DNA of 64,000 bases, taken from NCBI GenBank assembly GCA_029856365.1, contig JAHQWW010000003.1, forward strand, positions 52,040 to 116,039, given 5' to 3'. This DNA comes from Candidatus Hodarchaeota archaeon (GTDB lineage Archaea; Asgardarchaeota; Heimdallarchaeia; Hodarchaeales; Hodarchaeaceae). The translations under genes were made by a program, and so were the position numbers. Under the pieces are notes generated by a model. That model saw only the letters and a program-made list of their open reading frames with translations, searched no databases and had not been told where the DNA came from. Numbering within the stretch: position 1 is the first letter of the stretch; every line of letters starts with the position of its first letter. This document shows, piece by piece, positions 8,669 through 18,734 of the stretch.

Positions 8669-9832
8669 ATGGCAATTATTCACCAGATATTTAGTAAATT
8701 CGCCTTAATTGGAGATGATCTCAGATTAAAGCAGAACGTACTGATTGATATCAATAAGCAAGGTAGAATTTTAAATATTAATTATAACTCATCGAAAGAT
8801 GAAAATGATGTAAAATTTTCTTTTCCTCATCATTTGCTTTTACCCAAGTTTATTAACTCTCACACACATCTTGGTGATACCGTTTTAAAGGATCAAGCTT
8901 TTGGATTGTCTTTAAATGAAGCTGTAGGGATCGGAGGTCGTAAATATCAAGCTAATAAACACGAAAGAATCCATAGAATCACTGCAATGAGATCTGCAAT
9001 AATAGAAATGATCGAAAGTGGTACTTCGGCTTGTTATGATTTCAGAGAAGGCGGATTAAATGGAATTATTGAACTCCAAGAAGCTGCAAACGATCTTCCA
9101 ATTGATCTTCATATCCTTGGGCGACAAAATACCAAGATTGATTTAGATGACGTTCTTTCTCAATGCGATGGATTGGGATTACCTACTCCTCTTTTCTTTT
9201 CCCCGCACGAATTGAATATGATTCAACAACAAACTTCTTCTCGGAATACCTTGGTGGCAACACATGTTGGAGAGGAGCCCCAAGTAATTCAAGAATCTCT
9301 AAATCAGTTTGGACTTTCGGATTTACAGGTGGCTTTGAAATACCTTAATCCGAATATTCTGATTCATTTAACAGCGTATGATGAAAATGATCTCATTAAA
9401 ATCCCTTCTTCTAAATTTATTGTTTTTTGTCCCCGATCCAATGCTTATTTCGGACTGGGATTTCCACCAATCAACTATTTTCTTAACAAGAAAAATTTGA
9501 TTGGCTTAGGAACCGATAATGTTATGACAATAGCCCCAAACATATTGGAAGAGCTAAGATGGCTTGTATTACGATTAAAAGAGCAAGGAATTTCAATTGA
9601 CCCGGTTCAAGCTCTAAAATTAATTACAATTAACCCCTCAAAAGCATTAAAAATGAAAACAGGCTGTATCAAAGAAGAATTTTGGGCCGATTTATTAATT
9701 ATTAATCTTCAAAGCTGTAGAACCGCGTATGGAAAAGATCCAATCATGAGTTTACTCTTTCGTTGCCTTCTTCCAGAAGATATTTCTCTTAATCTTTTCC
9801 ACGGAGAAATTGTTTCCAATGAGCTCTTTTAA
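8669..9832 (+). CDS. Metal-dependent amidohydrolase (deaminase-like)
   Basis: PKFINSHTHLGD, THVGE, CPRSN, LGTDN, ADL motifs. Confidence 0.9.
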   Translation: MAIIHQIFSKFALIGDDLRLKQNVLIDINKQGRILNINYNSSKDENDVKFSFPHHLLLPKFINSHTHLGDTVLKDQAFGLSLNEAVGIGGRKYQANKHERIHRITAMRSAIIEMIESGTSACYDFREGGLNGIIELQEAANDLPIDLHILGRQNTKIDLDDVLSQCDGLGLPTPLFFSPHELNMIQQQTSSRNTLVATHVGEEPQVIQESLNQFGLSDLQVALKYLNPNILIHLTAYDENDLIKIPSSKFIVFCPRSNAYFGLGFPPINYFLNKKNLIGLGTDNVMTIAPNILEELRWLVLRLKEQGISIDPVQALKLITINPSKALKMKTGCIKEEFWADLLIINLQSCRTAYGKDPIMSLLFRCLLPEDISLNLFHGEIVSNELF

Positions 9833-10529
9833 ACCTCCTGAGAACCGGCCTTTTGTATTACTGTCAGCAGCTATCAGTCTTGATGGTCAAATCGCAACAC
9901 TTCAAGGTAACACCCTTCTATCGAACTCAAAAGATTGGATTCGGGTCCACCATTTAAGAGCAGAATCTGATGCAATAATGGTTGGAAGTGGAACTATTCG
10001 AGCTGATGACTCTAAACTGACCGTTAATGAAAAATTAATTAATAAAGGCATTGAAAACCATCCCATCCGAGTCGTAGTTAGTTCGAAAGGTATTATTCCT
10101 TTGAAGTCTAGGGTAATTACCCATCGACCTGATATCCTGACCCTAATTGCAACTACATCACAATGTTCTCAAAACCAAAAAAAAAATCTGGAAGAAAAAG
10201 GTTGTCATGTCATTACATGCGGAGATGGCCCCTTAACAGACCTAATCCAGCTATTATACATCTTGAAAAAGGATTATCACGTTAAGAAATTAATGGTGGA
10301 AGGGGGAAGTCTCTTGAATGGAGAAATGTTAAATAATCAACTTATTGATGAAGTTCAACTAGCGATAGCACCAGTAATTTGTGGTCAAGGCATTCCTCTT
10401 TTTAATCTTTCACAGGCAATTCCTGCATTTTCAAAGTCCCCCTATTTCGAAATAAAAGCACACAACCAAATAGATGATATGATATGGCTTAAAATGTCAA
10501 TTCACTATCGATCCAGACGAGTTTCATAA
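9810..10529 (+). CDS. RibD C-terminal-type pyrimidine reductase (ArfC/Rib7-like; likely start 9819)
   Basis: RPFV...AISLDGQIA, VHHLRAESDAIMVGSGTIRADD, MVEGG, IAPVICG. Confidence 0.88.
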   Translation: MFPMSSFKPPENRPFVLLSAAISLDGQIATLQGNTLLSNSKDWIRVHHLRAESDAIMVGSGTIRADDSKLTVNEKLINKGIENHPIRVVVSSKGIIPLKSRVITHRPDILTLIATTSQCSQNQKKNLEEKGCHVITCGDGPLTDLIQLLYILKKDYHVKKLMVEGGSLLNGEMLNNQLIDEVQLAIAPVICGQGIPLFNLSQAIPAFSKSPYFEIKAHNQIDDMIWLKMSIHYRSRRVS

Positions 10530-10634
10530 CTATCTCCTTAATAGTTAATGAAAAATGATGTAAATAAGCTGATACTAGATTATTTTCCAGTCTTTGGGAG
10601 GTTTGTTTGAGTCTGTGTTTTTGAAAGAGGTGTT

Positions 10635-11549
10635 TTAACCCAAAAAGAAGAGAATTACAGCATATATTATTGCAATGATAACCGCATGTGACCCCTCTGG
10701 ATCAATTGACTTAACAGCAAAATAAACCAGCACAATACCCCAAATAAGGAAAATAATATCTATAAAGAAGAGAATATCCCCCACTATCCCAAGAGGAGTA
10801 CTCATTGCTGAAAAATCCAATATATCATTGATTATGATAGTTGATGGTTCAATAAAAAGAGCAAAAGCGGCAAGTCGAACCAGTTCATTGAAAATTCTAG
10901 GAAGAAAACTCCAACCCACGATAGATATCATAGTTTTAAAGTTTCTTTCATGTGATGGAACTCGGGACGAGAATATTGCATGTAAGATCCACAGGACAAT
11001 ACTTCCAACCAACCAAGTAATAAAAAATCCAAAAGGAGTAAAAAATGCAGATAATATCGTAAGAAATTGCATAAATTCTTCCATTTCAATATCCATCCCT
11101 GACAAACCCAAGCTCTCAAAGAAAGAAGAAGAGAATTCAATTGTAGTCTTTAAGGTAAGAACATAAAGAGCTAAACCTGAAACAATTCCAGCTATTAGAA
11201 CAATAAGAAATGGTTGGCTTAAGTTTGGTCGTTTAACAATCCGAGGCATCTCCAATTGAGGAGACATCAATACTCCTTGAAAATGTTGAGTAAATGGTAG
11301 AGCTGGTTCCCTCACTATTTTTTCAGGTCTATATGAAGGTGGATAAGTAGGAGTACCTCTATCAGAAACAGTTGGAGGGATTGATGTATGTGGAAAGGAA
11401 GGTTTCGCTCTGACCACTCCAGTTGAATCAATGGTTGGAACTGGAGTGCCACAGTATGCACAAAAAGTAGCTCCCCCTAGTAGCTTCTGACCGCAATTTC
11501 CACAAAATTTTGGAGCTGTTTCAGGAATATCTTTACTCATGAAAATCAA
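10635..11549 (-). CDS. Zn-ribbon + Yip1-domain membrane protein
   Basis: FCGNCG...FCAYCG, Pro-rich linker, then VLMSP and ~5 TM helices with FKTMISIVGWSFLP. Confidence 0.8.
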   Translation of the reverse strand: MIFMSKDIPETAPKFCGNCGQKLLGGATFCAYCGTPVPTIDSTGVVRAKPSFPHTSIPPTVSDRGTPTYPPSYRPEKIVREPALPFTQHFQGVLMSPQLEMPRIVKRPNLSQPFLIVLIAGIVSGLALYVLTLKTTIEFSSSFFESLGLSGMDIEMEEFMQFLTILSAFFTPFGFFITWLVGSIVLWILHAIFSSRVPSHERNFKTMISIVGWSFLPRIFNELVRLAAFALFIEPSTIIINDILDFSAMSTPLGIVGDILFFIDIIFLIWGIVLVYFAVKSIDPEGSHAVIIAIIYAVILFFLG

Positions 11550-11829
11550 CTTAATGATGTTAATACAGGAGAATATTCTATTATAAGCTAATGAAACATG
11601 AAATAAAAATTTATTGTTTGCGATGGCTATTTTTCACTAGAACATCCCACTAAGTATCCCCAAAGGGCTTCTTTTTGAATTAATCTGTGAAATAGAACTT
11701 GATTGAACTCTATTTCATGTAAAAAATATGCTTTCTAGCTATCAACAGTGATTCCAGAAATAAATGGGAGGAGATAGGTAATGAGTGTGTCAAACAGGTT
11801 ATGGTGAGAAAAACTAGTCAAAAATAGGA

Positions 11830-12147
11830 TTAGCCTGATCTGTCTTTTAAAACAACAATAGTGAAGCCAGCTGCTTCGTCAGGGGTGATGATTATTTCTG
11901 ATTTAGGCATCTCTACGTATACACTTTGAAGTCGTCCATGATCGAGGGCATCTGAAACACTACGAACCTTTTTTACTAGTGAAGCCACATGAGCAGATAC
12001 TCTTTCGGCATCTGACTGTGGAAGATTACTTTGGAGTGGCAAACCATCTTCATCACAAACCAGTATCCCTTTAACCCCACGTCGTGCGGCTAATCTTTTA
12101 ATTGTGTTCTGTAACACCGAGGGAATTACATATTCATCATTTGACAT
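11830..12147 (-). CDS. Roadblock/LC7 protein, dynein light chain roadblock (DYNLRB)-like
   Basis: TIKRLAARRGVKGILVCDEDGLPLQS...KVRSV...EIIITPD. Confidence 0.9.
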   Translation of the reverse strand: MSNDEYVIPSVLQNTIKRLAARRGVKGILVCDEDGLPLQSNLPQSDAERVSAHVASLVKKVRSVSDALDHGRLQSVYVEMPKSEIIITPDEAAGFTIVVLKDRSG

Positions 12148-12163
12148 TTGATCACATTCCTCT

Positions 12164-12511
12164 TTAATCCTTGGACGTTAGTGTCATTTTACTGCTCTCC
12201 CGTTTCACTAACGCCACAATAATAATTTCTGAGTCATAATCAGGGATTATCTCAACATCACCTACTTCCAATTCTAACCGTACGCTTCGAGCTTCTTCTT
12301 GTGAGATTTCCCTAGAAATACTTCTCACCTTCCCCACCAAAGAGGCAACGTGAGCAGCCACTCTCTCTGTATCCTCTTCAGGAAGAGAAGATTGGAGTGG
12401 TAAACCATCTGTATCACTTAATACGGCACCATATACTCCCTTATGCTTTCCGACTGATTCAATGACCTTCTCCAACGCCTGTTGTGATAAATACCCTGCT
12501 TCTTGTGCCAT
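12164..12511 (-). CDS. Roadblock/LC7 protein, paralogue of 11830-12147
   Basis: HKGVYGAVLSDTDGLPLQS; shares ERV.AHVASLV.KVRS with its neighbour. Confidence 0.9.
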   Translation of the reverse strand: MAQEAGYLSQQALEKVIESVGKHKGVYGAVLSDTDGLPLQSSLPEEDTERVAAHVASLVGKVRSISREISQEEARSVRLELEVGDVEIIPDYDSEIIIVALVKRESSKMTLTSKD

Positions 12512-12696
12512 TTTTCATCGTATGCCTTTTCTCCGACGGCCACTTAAAACCTTTTGCTTTTGATTCCACGAAGGAAAAGGTAAACCCTATTGAGTAGTAT
12601 AACCTTTTTAAAAATAGGCTAGTATATCAAAGTTCTGGTAGGCTAAACCTTAAAAGCGGGGGAAAACATGAAGCCCTTAGTCCTAGGAGGCTATAT

Positions 12697-13146
12697 ATGT
12701 TGGACTCACAAGAAAGTGATAGCAGCAAATCTTCAGATAAAAAGCTAGATGAAATTCTGTCAACGATCAAAAACTTAGGAAATCGTATCAAAACCCTAGA
12801 CCACAGGATTTCTCGACTTGAGGGACGTATCGACCTCCAATTGTCTAGTGTAATAGAATCTAGTGAGTCAAAATCAACAGAAAGAAAAATTAAACTAGAT
12901 AGTTTTGATGAATTGGATGAGCATCTAAAGCGTACATATCAAACTTTAGCAACAGCTCAAAAACCGATGGATGCCTCAGAACTCGCGGAACGAATGGGCC
13001 GAAGTCGCAGCACCACTAGTTATCATCTTAACCAGCTTGAGAAGATGGGTGTTCTTGAAAAAATTCCAAGTCCAAAAGATAGGTCAAGAAATGTCTTTTT
13101 TCGTCCTAAGGGTAGCTCTTTTGAGCTGATAGACTCTAAAAAATAA
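12697..13146 (+). CDS. Coiled-coil + ArsR-like winged-helix regulator
   Basis: N-terminal heptads; MDASELAERMGRSRSTTSYHLNQLEKMGVL; GGAGG SD. Confidence 0.85.
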   Translation: MLDSQESDSSKSSDKKLDEILSTIKNLGNRIKTLDHRISRLEGRIDLQLSSVIESSESKSTERKIKLDSFDELDEHLKRTYQTLATAQKPMDASELAERMGRSRSTTSYHLNQLEKMGVLEKIPSPKDRSRNVFFRPKGSSFELIDSKK

Positions 13147-13186
13147 TTTTTAAGGAAAAGAGAAAAGTAAAGCGGAGCTGTAACTT

Positions 13187-13735
13187 TTATTCAGAAGTAA
13201 AATCTAGTATCTTTGTTCCCAGCTGGTTAAAGGCAGCTTGTACACCCTCACCAGTTTTCGCACTGGTTTCAATGAAATTCAGCCCTAAACGGTCAGCAAG
13301 TGCTTTACCTTCATCTGTAGATACTGTTTCGGTTCCTTCCTCACGTAAGTCACTTTTATTTGCGAGGAGGATTACGGGAACGTCCCTATCACGTTTGGAA
13401 TTTTCTCGGATATCATTTAACCATTTTTCTACATTCTTAAAGGTTTGATGGCGTGTAATGTCATAAACAAGAATTCCACCAAATACTTTGGTATAATATG
13501 CTTTTACAACATCTTTAAAAACAGGCTGCCCAGCAAGATCCCAGATTTGCCAGCGAATGTGTGTTTCTTTTACTGTTGTATCATACAAGGCAAAATCTGC
13601 GCCCATTGTACTTAGATAATCTGTTTCGAACCCCTCACCTAGGTAACGTTTACGCAGTGAGGTTTTTCCAACTGCTCCATCTCCAATTAACACAATTTTC
13701 CATAAGCGATGATCCTCATTACTCAACAATTCCAC
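13187..13735 (-). CDS. Rab-like small GTPase
   Basis: GDGAVGKTS, YLSTMGADF, IWDLAGQ, VYDIT, NKSD, ETSAKTG; no C-terminal Cys. Confidence 0.95.
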   Translation of the reverse strand: MELLSNEDHRLWKIVLIGDGAVGKTSLRKRYLGEGFETDYLSTMGADFALYDTTVKETHIRWQIWDLAGQPVFKDVVKAYYTKVFGGILVYDITRHQTFKNVEKWLNDIRENSKRDRDVPVILLANKSDLREEGTETVSTDEGKALADRLGLNFIETSAKTGEGVQAAFNQLGTKILDFTSE

Positions 13736-13980
13736 CTTTTGTAATCCTATTTTGATAAATTTTACTATTTTAAAGTTTTCTAAAGCCTGTGTATGAAGGT
13801 TTAAAAACTTTTTTTCAATAACACTTGTATATATCTGAGTTTTTTTCGTTTTAAGTCAATTTTCTTTAAACACATAAATATCATTTGACTAGTGAGGATA
13901 GAATTTTAGGAGTTTTGATAAGGATTCTTAGACAATTTGTTATTTTTTTTCTTAGATCTCTCTGATTAAAAAGAATTAGA

Positions 13981-15684
13981 TTAAACATAAGATTTAGAAT
14001 CAGTAGGAGAAATTCGTTTGACATATCCCCGTTTTCGTAATTCTTCTAAACACTCAAGTTCTATATCTTGATCACGTTTTGTTATTTCTGTTGATGTTTC
14101 AGGAGAAAGCACATTGGATGTTAGTAGAGCTCTAATGGTTGGCCGTAATTTTTCTGGCAGAGCTAGTATCCCAAGGGTGTCGAAAGGTTGGATTTGAACA
14201 TATTTAGGGGGTTCTGTACATGAACAAACCTTTCTTCCTGTTTCATCTTCCAGTTTATGAAGAAATGGCCTTGGATTAATTCCTATTTCTAGCAAATATT
14301 CATGTCTAATGTTGTGGGCAGTTGTAAACTCATATAATAACAAATCTTTGACAATAGGGTCTGAAAAAAATTTTTGAACATAATTATGGAATAGAACTTC
14401 AGGATCACCGCGTAGGAGATCCATCTCAGCACCATATGTAAGTATATTCTGGCGCAATTGTTCATTTACAGTATCAATATCAAAGACATATGGTTCAAAG
14501 ATTTCTTCTACAACTTTTGTAGCTCCTGCAAATCCACCAGTTTTTCCTGTCTTGGAAAAATCATGAATAGCTTCACTAAACTCTTTCTCAAAACGTTGAA
14601 TATACTGAAAAAGCAATTCAGTCAGGGTTTCGGTCATCACTGGGCTATAGAGGATACCAATAACACGCTTTCCTTTTCGTTGAACAATTTTCATATTCCC
14701 ATTATCAATATAACGTAAATCACCCCGGCGTCCAGCAGTCTCCGAAACCATATGAGCAATACTAGTTAACGCTGCTGTTATCAGAACTGGGTTCTTCATT
14801 TCGTCCTCTGCCTTTCCAAAAAAGTAATAATACATAGTTGATCCTGATTCTCGATCTGTTATAAATATAGCGATGGGTGACGCTTCAATTTCAGTAGTAA
14901 TCCGTCCAAATTCCTCTTTTTCAGTGATTTCATAAAATTTTTGATTCAAATCTTGAAATGTTTCATTTACTGGGGAATATGGTTCTTCCAAATAATAGAC
15001 ACCTTGATCTGAAAATTCATTAAGTTCAGAAATCCAAGGAATTATGTAGAAAATGGGATGCTTTAATTTTGATTCCATCTGTTCAAGCATATATTCAAGT
15101 TTCCCAAAAACCACAGGGGGTTTAACCATGTTCATGATTAGCAGAGTCGGAGTGGTAAGGAAAGATAAGAAGTTCTGAATTACGGATTTTGTCAAACTGA
15201 ATGTAGGATATTTTTCTGACGAAACAATCCAGACCATGTCACTTTGAAGAATAGCTTCCATTGTGATACTTTTTTCTTCCAAATTAGCTGGTAAGATGAA
15301 TGCGAGAAGATCAATTGTGTCTTTAAAAAAAAGCGATTGTACTCGATATTTTGTGCGTTCTCTTAAGTCAATTTGTGATATTGGGCATCCTGCAGAAGGA
15401 AGAACCCGTACAAATGAGCCTTTATCCTCATCATCAAAGATTGACAAGGACTCACTCACAAGGGTATCCTCTGAAATTTCGCTTAGGAAATCTGAACTAG
15501 TAAAATGAGATTTACCATATTTTAAAAGAGAATATCTTAGCTTCTCGGTGATTGAAAAGTCGACAACAAGAATCCGGAATCCAGGTCTCGAACGAGCGTA
15601 AGCTAGGAAAAAATTTAGTGCTATAGTCTTTTTTCCACAACCAGGGGTACGAGAATAAATACTTATCACTTTTGGAGATACCAT
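13981..15684 (-). CDS. Degenerate MinD/ParA-fold + longin-like + C-terminal wHTH fusion
   Basis: KVISIYSRTPGCGKKT, RILVVDF, LIMNMV, IIPW (MinD fold); AIFITDRESGSTMYY...PVLITAALTSI...LRYIDNG...FEKEF (longin); LEELRKRGYVKR (wHTH). Confidence 0.7.
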   Translation of the reverse strand: MVSPKVISIYSRTPGCGKKTIALNFFLAYARSRPGFRILVVDFSITEKLRYSLLKYGKSHFTSSDFLSEISEDTLVSESLSIFDDEDKGSFVRVLPSAGCPISQIDLRERTKYRVQSLFFKDTIDLLAFILPANLEEKSITMEAILQSDMVWIVSSEKYPTFSLTKSVIQNFLSFLTTPTLLIMNMVKPPVVFGKLEYMLEQMESKLKHPIFYIIPWISELNEFSDQGVYYLEEPYSPVNETFQDLNQKFYEITEKEEFGRITTEIEASPIAIFITDRESGSTMYYYFFGKAEDEMKNPVLITAALTSIAHMVSETAGRRGDLRYIDNGNMKIVQRKGKRVIGILYSPVMTETLTELLFQYIQRFEKEFSEAIHDFSKTGKTGGFAGATKVVEEIFEPYVFDIDTVNEQLRQNILTYGAEMDLLRGDPEVLFHNYVQKFFSDPIVKDLLLYEFTTAHNIRHEYLLEIGINPRPFLHKLEDETGRKVCSCTEPPKYVQIQPFDTLGILALPEKLRPTIRALLTSNVLSPETSTEITKRDQDIELECLEELRKRGYVKRISPTDSKSYV

Positions 15685-15895
15685 TTTTATTTCAGCACTG
15701 ATATTTTGAGATTTTATATATATTAAATGTCCTTCTGCATTATGATCAAGTAAATTATATGTTTTCTTTCAAACCATAATCAATAAACTTTTGGTTCAAT
15801 ATCAAATTCTATCATTTAATACCCAAATGGCAAAGAAAATGACTACTCAAAAGTATTTTAATTCTGGCAACTTAATCATCCAAGGACTGTTTTGA

Positions 15896-16726
15896 ATGGA
15901 AAAAGAAACACAAGACCAATCCCCTGTTGTCTCATTATCTTTAGATGAAGTGGGACTCACTGATTTTCAGACTCAGGTCTCTATCACTCGGGGAACCAAG
16001 GTTTATCATTATCAAACAACTGTCAGTGTTGTTATTAACTTACCTCCTTCCCGAAAAGGAGCGCATTTATCTCGTTTTGTTGAATCGATTTCTGAAATTC
16101 TGAGTAGTGAAGTTCAAATCCATTATTCCTTAGAAGAGATGTCTATTCATGTTCTCCGAAAGCTAAATGAACGGCATCCGTTTGAAAAAGGAGCAATCAC
16201 ATTAGATTTCATTTTTTTCACGAATAGAATTACTCCAGTCTCACAGCGACCTTCAATAGAAAATTATAATGCTCAATTGATAACTTGGTGGGATCAGGGT
16301 AGTATTCTTCATAAGCTAACTTTGGGAACGTATGGAAGCACCGCATGTCCTCATGCTCTTTCTCAAAACTCTGCAAATCGTACCCACATTCAACGTGCTT
16401 ACGCAGAAATCAGTTTACAAGGTAGAACAATAGATATTCCCGATATGGAAGATTTATGTATAATTCTTGATGAAAGTTTCTCAGCTCCAACATTTTCTCT
16501 TCTAAAAGCTGAAGATGAACAGTGGGTTGTCAAACGAATGTGGGAAAATCCATTATTCGTAGAAGATGTTACCCGAAATCTTTTACAGCAAGCTCTGAAA
16601 CACTTCTCTGATCGAAAATTAGAAGTTCATGCTAAAACGATCTCTCAAGAATCTATTCATAAGCATAATATTATATCGAAGGGTAGTACCAGAACCTCCC
16701 CCTTGAAACGAGATAACAATCAATAA
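15896..16726 (+). CDS. GTP cyclohydrolase, FolE2/MptA family
   Basis: LDEVG, RKGAHLSRF, TPVS, TACP, THIQR, ENPLFVEDVTR, QESIHKH. Confidence 0.92.
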   Translation: MEKETQDQSPVVSLSLDEVGLTDFQTQVSITRGTKVYHYQTTVSVVINLPPSRKGAHLSRFVESISEILSSEVQIHYSLEEMSIHVLRKLNERHPFEKGAITLDFIFFTNRITPVSQRPSIENYNAQLITWWDQGSILHKLTLGTYGSTACPHALSQNSANRTHIQRAYAEISLQGRTIDIPDMEDLCIILDESFSAPTFSLLKAEDEQWVVKRMWENPLFVEDVTRNLLQQALKHFSDRKLEVHAKTISQESIHKHNIISKGSTRTSPLKRDNNQ

Positions 16727-16769
16727 TATTTTTAAAGAAAAATTGCCAAAAAAGGTTTACTCAAAATTT

Positions 16770-18098
16770 CTAGTCGGATTTCTCTTTCTCTCTGAATATT
16801 TTACTTCGAAATTTCTTTGCTGCAGAAAATATACCGACTCCGCTTGCTTCAACTGCTTTTTTTCCCACAGTAAGGGCAATATCTGTTTTACTTATTTCTC
16901 CTTTCTTAATACGTTCTATATAATCTACTAAATCATCGTATGGAGGTAAAAAATCAAAGCGAAAAATATCAGATGCCCAATAGCCAGATCCTCGTTGTGC
17001 TATGTAGAAAATAATTACAATAACAAGGATGAAAACCATAAATATCAAAGTAATATCGTGATAGACTTCAGAAAAAGATAGATCTCCTATTAAGCTCTTT
17101 ATGACCTCTGGTAATAACCTTACGCTCATTAATTGGAGCTGAAAGACTTGAAATCCTAAAGCAAGACCCAGATAAATTAAGACAACTCCTTCCCCTCCAA
17201 CGAAGCCAACAAATCTGCCAATGCGAAAAGGATCCTCCTTGAGTTCTTTCTTTGATGGATCTCCGACAACTCCTTTCATTTTAATTCGACGTGAAACATT
17301 CTGAGCGGTATATACTAGTGAGAACAGAACCATAATATAATTGAAACTAGTAATAATACTCTCGGATCCGTTAATAGAAGTAATAAAGATCATAATTTGA
17401 TTTGGTAAACTCACAATGAAAAAGAAACCTAAAATTGTATTGAAAACATCATCCCCCAATAATATTCCTTGTACCACTAAGATAATTAGGACTGCAGCCC
17501 CAATTCCAATAACCCCGAGAATTATATAGCTAATGCGTGTTTCATTATAGCCAACATAGATCATTATCAGATTCCACACAAGAGACAAAAATATAATAAG
17601 GGTCATTAATCCAGAAAAAATGGATTTACGATCTGTTGTTGGTTTTCCCAAAAATAACACGCTTCCTGTTATTTTATTGGAAAAGAGACCTTTTGAAAAT
17701 GAGAAAGTGGCTAATGGGACTAAAAATGCCCAAATCAAGAGAGCTATTAGCGGAAAAAATGTAATGAAGAGATCTGAAATAGAAGCTATTACAGCAAAGA
17801 TAGCAGCAACTAATAAAAGCAGAAGAAATCGAAATAACAAATTTAATTTTTTAGAAAGTAAGCCCGAAATTATGAATCCAATTGCAATGCTAATTTGTAA
17901 CGAAAATATTAGGTTAAGCAGGTCGTTAGTGATTACATCAGAAGCTTGGCTTTGAAGTACAAATGCGCCTGTAGTAACTGCCGAAGTAATAAATAAAATT
18001 AAAGAAAAAAGAACAAGGCGCCTTGATAATAGAATTCGTACGCCACCAAACAATGTTGATTTTAAATAGTCCCAAAATGCCTTTTCTACATAACTCAT
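16770..18098 (-). CDS. Multi-pass membrane protein of unknown function
   Basis: 442-aa ORF with ~10 hydrophobic helices; GAGGA SD. Confidence 0.8.
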   Translation of the reverse strand: MSYVEKAFWDYLKSTLFGGVRILLSRRLVLFSLILFITSAVTTGAFVLQSQASDVITNDLLNLIFSLQISIAIGFIISGLLSKKLNLLFRFLLLLLVAAIFAVIASISDLFITFFPLIALLIWAFLVPLATFSFSKGLFSNKITGSVLFLGKPTTDRKSIFSGLMTLIIFLSLVWNLIMIYVGYNETRISYIILGVIGIGAAVLIILVVQGILLGDDVFNTILGFFFIVSLPNQIMIFITSINGSESIITSFNYIMVLFSLVYTAQNVSRRIKMKGVVGDPSKKELKEDPFRIGRFVGFVGGEGVVLIYLGLALGFQVFQLQLMSVRLLPEVIKSLIGDLSFSEVYHDITLIFMVFILVIVIIFYIAQRGSGYWASDIFRFDFLPPYDDLVDYIERIKKGEISKTDIALTVGKKAVEASGVGIFSAAKKFRSKIFREKEKSD

Positions 18099-18241
18099 TA
18101 GTCATTCCTCAATTGTTTCTACTAAACAACACCACTAAAGAACAAATAAGAGAAATTTTAAAATTTCTTCGAACCCTTGGATTTTTGTTGTAACAAAGGA
18201 CAATTCTGTTATGAAAGAATGCTTTCAAAGAAGTGAATATG

Positions 18242-18541
18242 ATGGATTTGAACAGGATTACTAGTTAATTAGACAAGTTTATTCGGAATCATGGTGGTTA
18301 TTGGGAAGATCCTTGACTTTTAGCTGCAATAACAGAAGAATTGGGGGAGTTATCTCGAAATTTACAAATTTATCATAAAATTCAAAATATAAACGGTTTA
18401 AACCAGAAAAAATCAAGTAAGATATTCATTGAAAAAGAATGTGGTGATCTTTTCTTTGCCTTTACCTGTTTGGCAAATTCATTAGGTATAAACCTAGAAG
18501 CTGCATTACTTAATACATTGAAAAAGTATAAATCTCGATAA
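18242..18541 (+). pseudogene. MazG-like (YpjD-type) NTP pyrophosphohydrolase pseudogene
   Basis: In-frame translation from ATG 18242: MDLNRITS*LDKFIRNHGGYWEDP*LLAAITEELGELSR...EKECGDLFFAFTCLANSLGINLE. Stops are TAA 18266-18268 and TGA 18314-18316. Confidence 0.8.
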
Positions 18542-18734
18542 CTCTTCTATTATCAGCCCGTAAAAAATAACAATTAAAGTGATTATTACTTAAAATAGGA
18601 TTATTATGAGGGATAGACACCTAAGAAGCGGGTTAATAGGATTTAAACGAATTTTATCCTATTAAGAATACCGCAACCTCTAATTATTTATTAAAAGTTA
18701 TTATTTACTTTAAACAGACATTAATACAAAATAG

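Noticed and set aside
11688-11717. Inverted repeat TGAAATAGA-x12-TCTATTTCA between the roadblock pair and the Yip1 gene
   Set aside because: A single AT-rich hairpin with no further supporting structure; its role cannot be assigned.
18314-18316. In-frame TGA in the MazG-like gene as selenocysteine or genetic-code change
   Set aside because: The same frame also has a TAA, the position is not a Cys site, and TGA terminates normal genes here (e.g. 4064, 7529, 23748).
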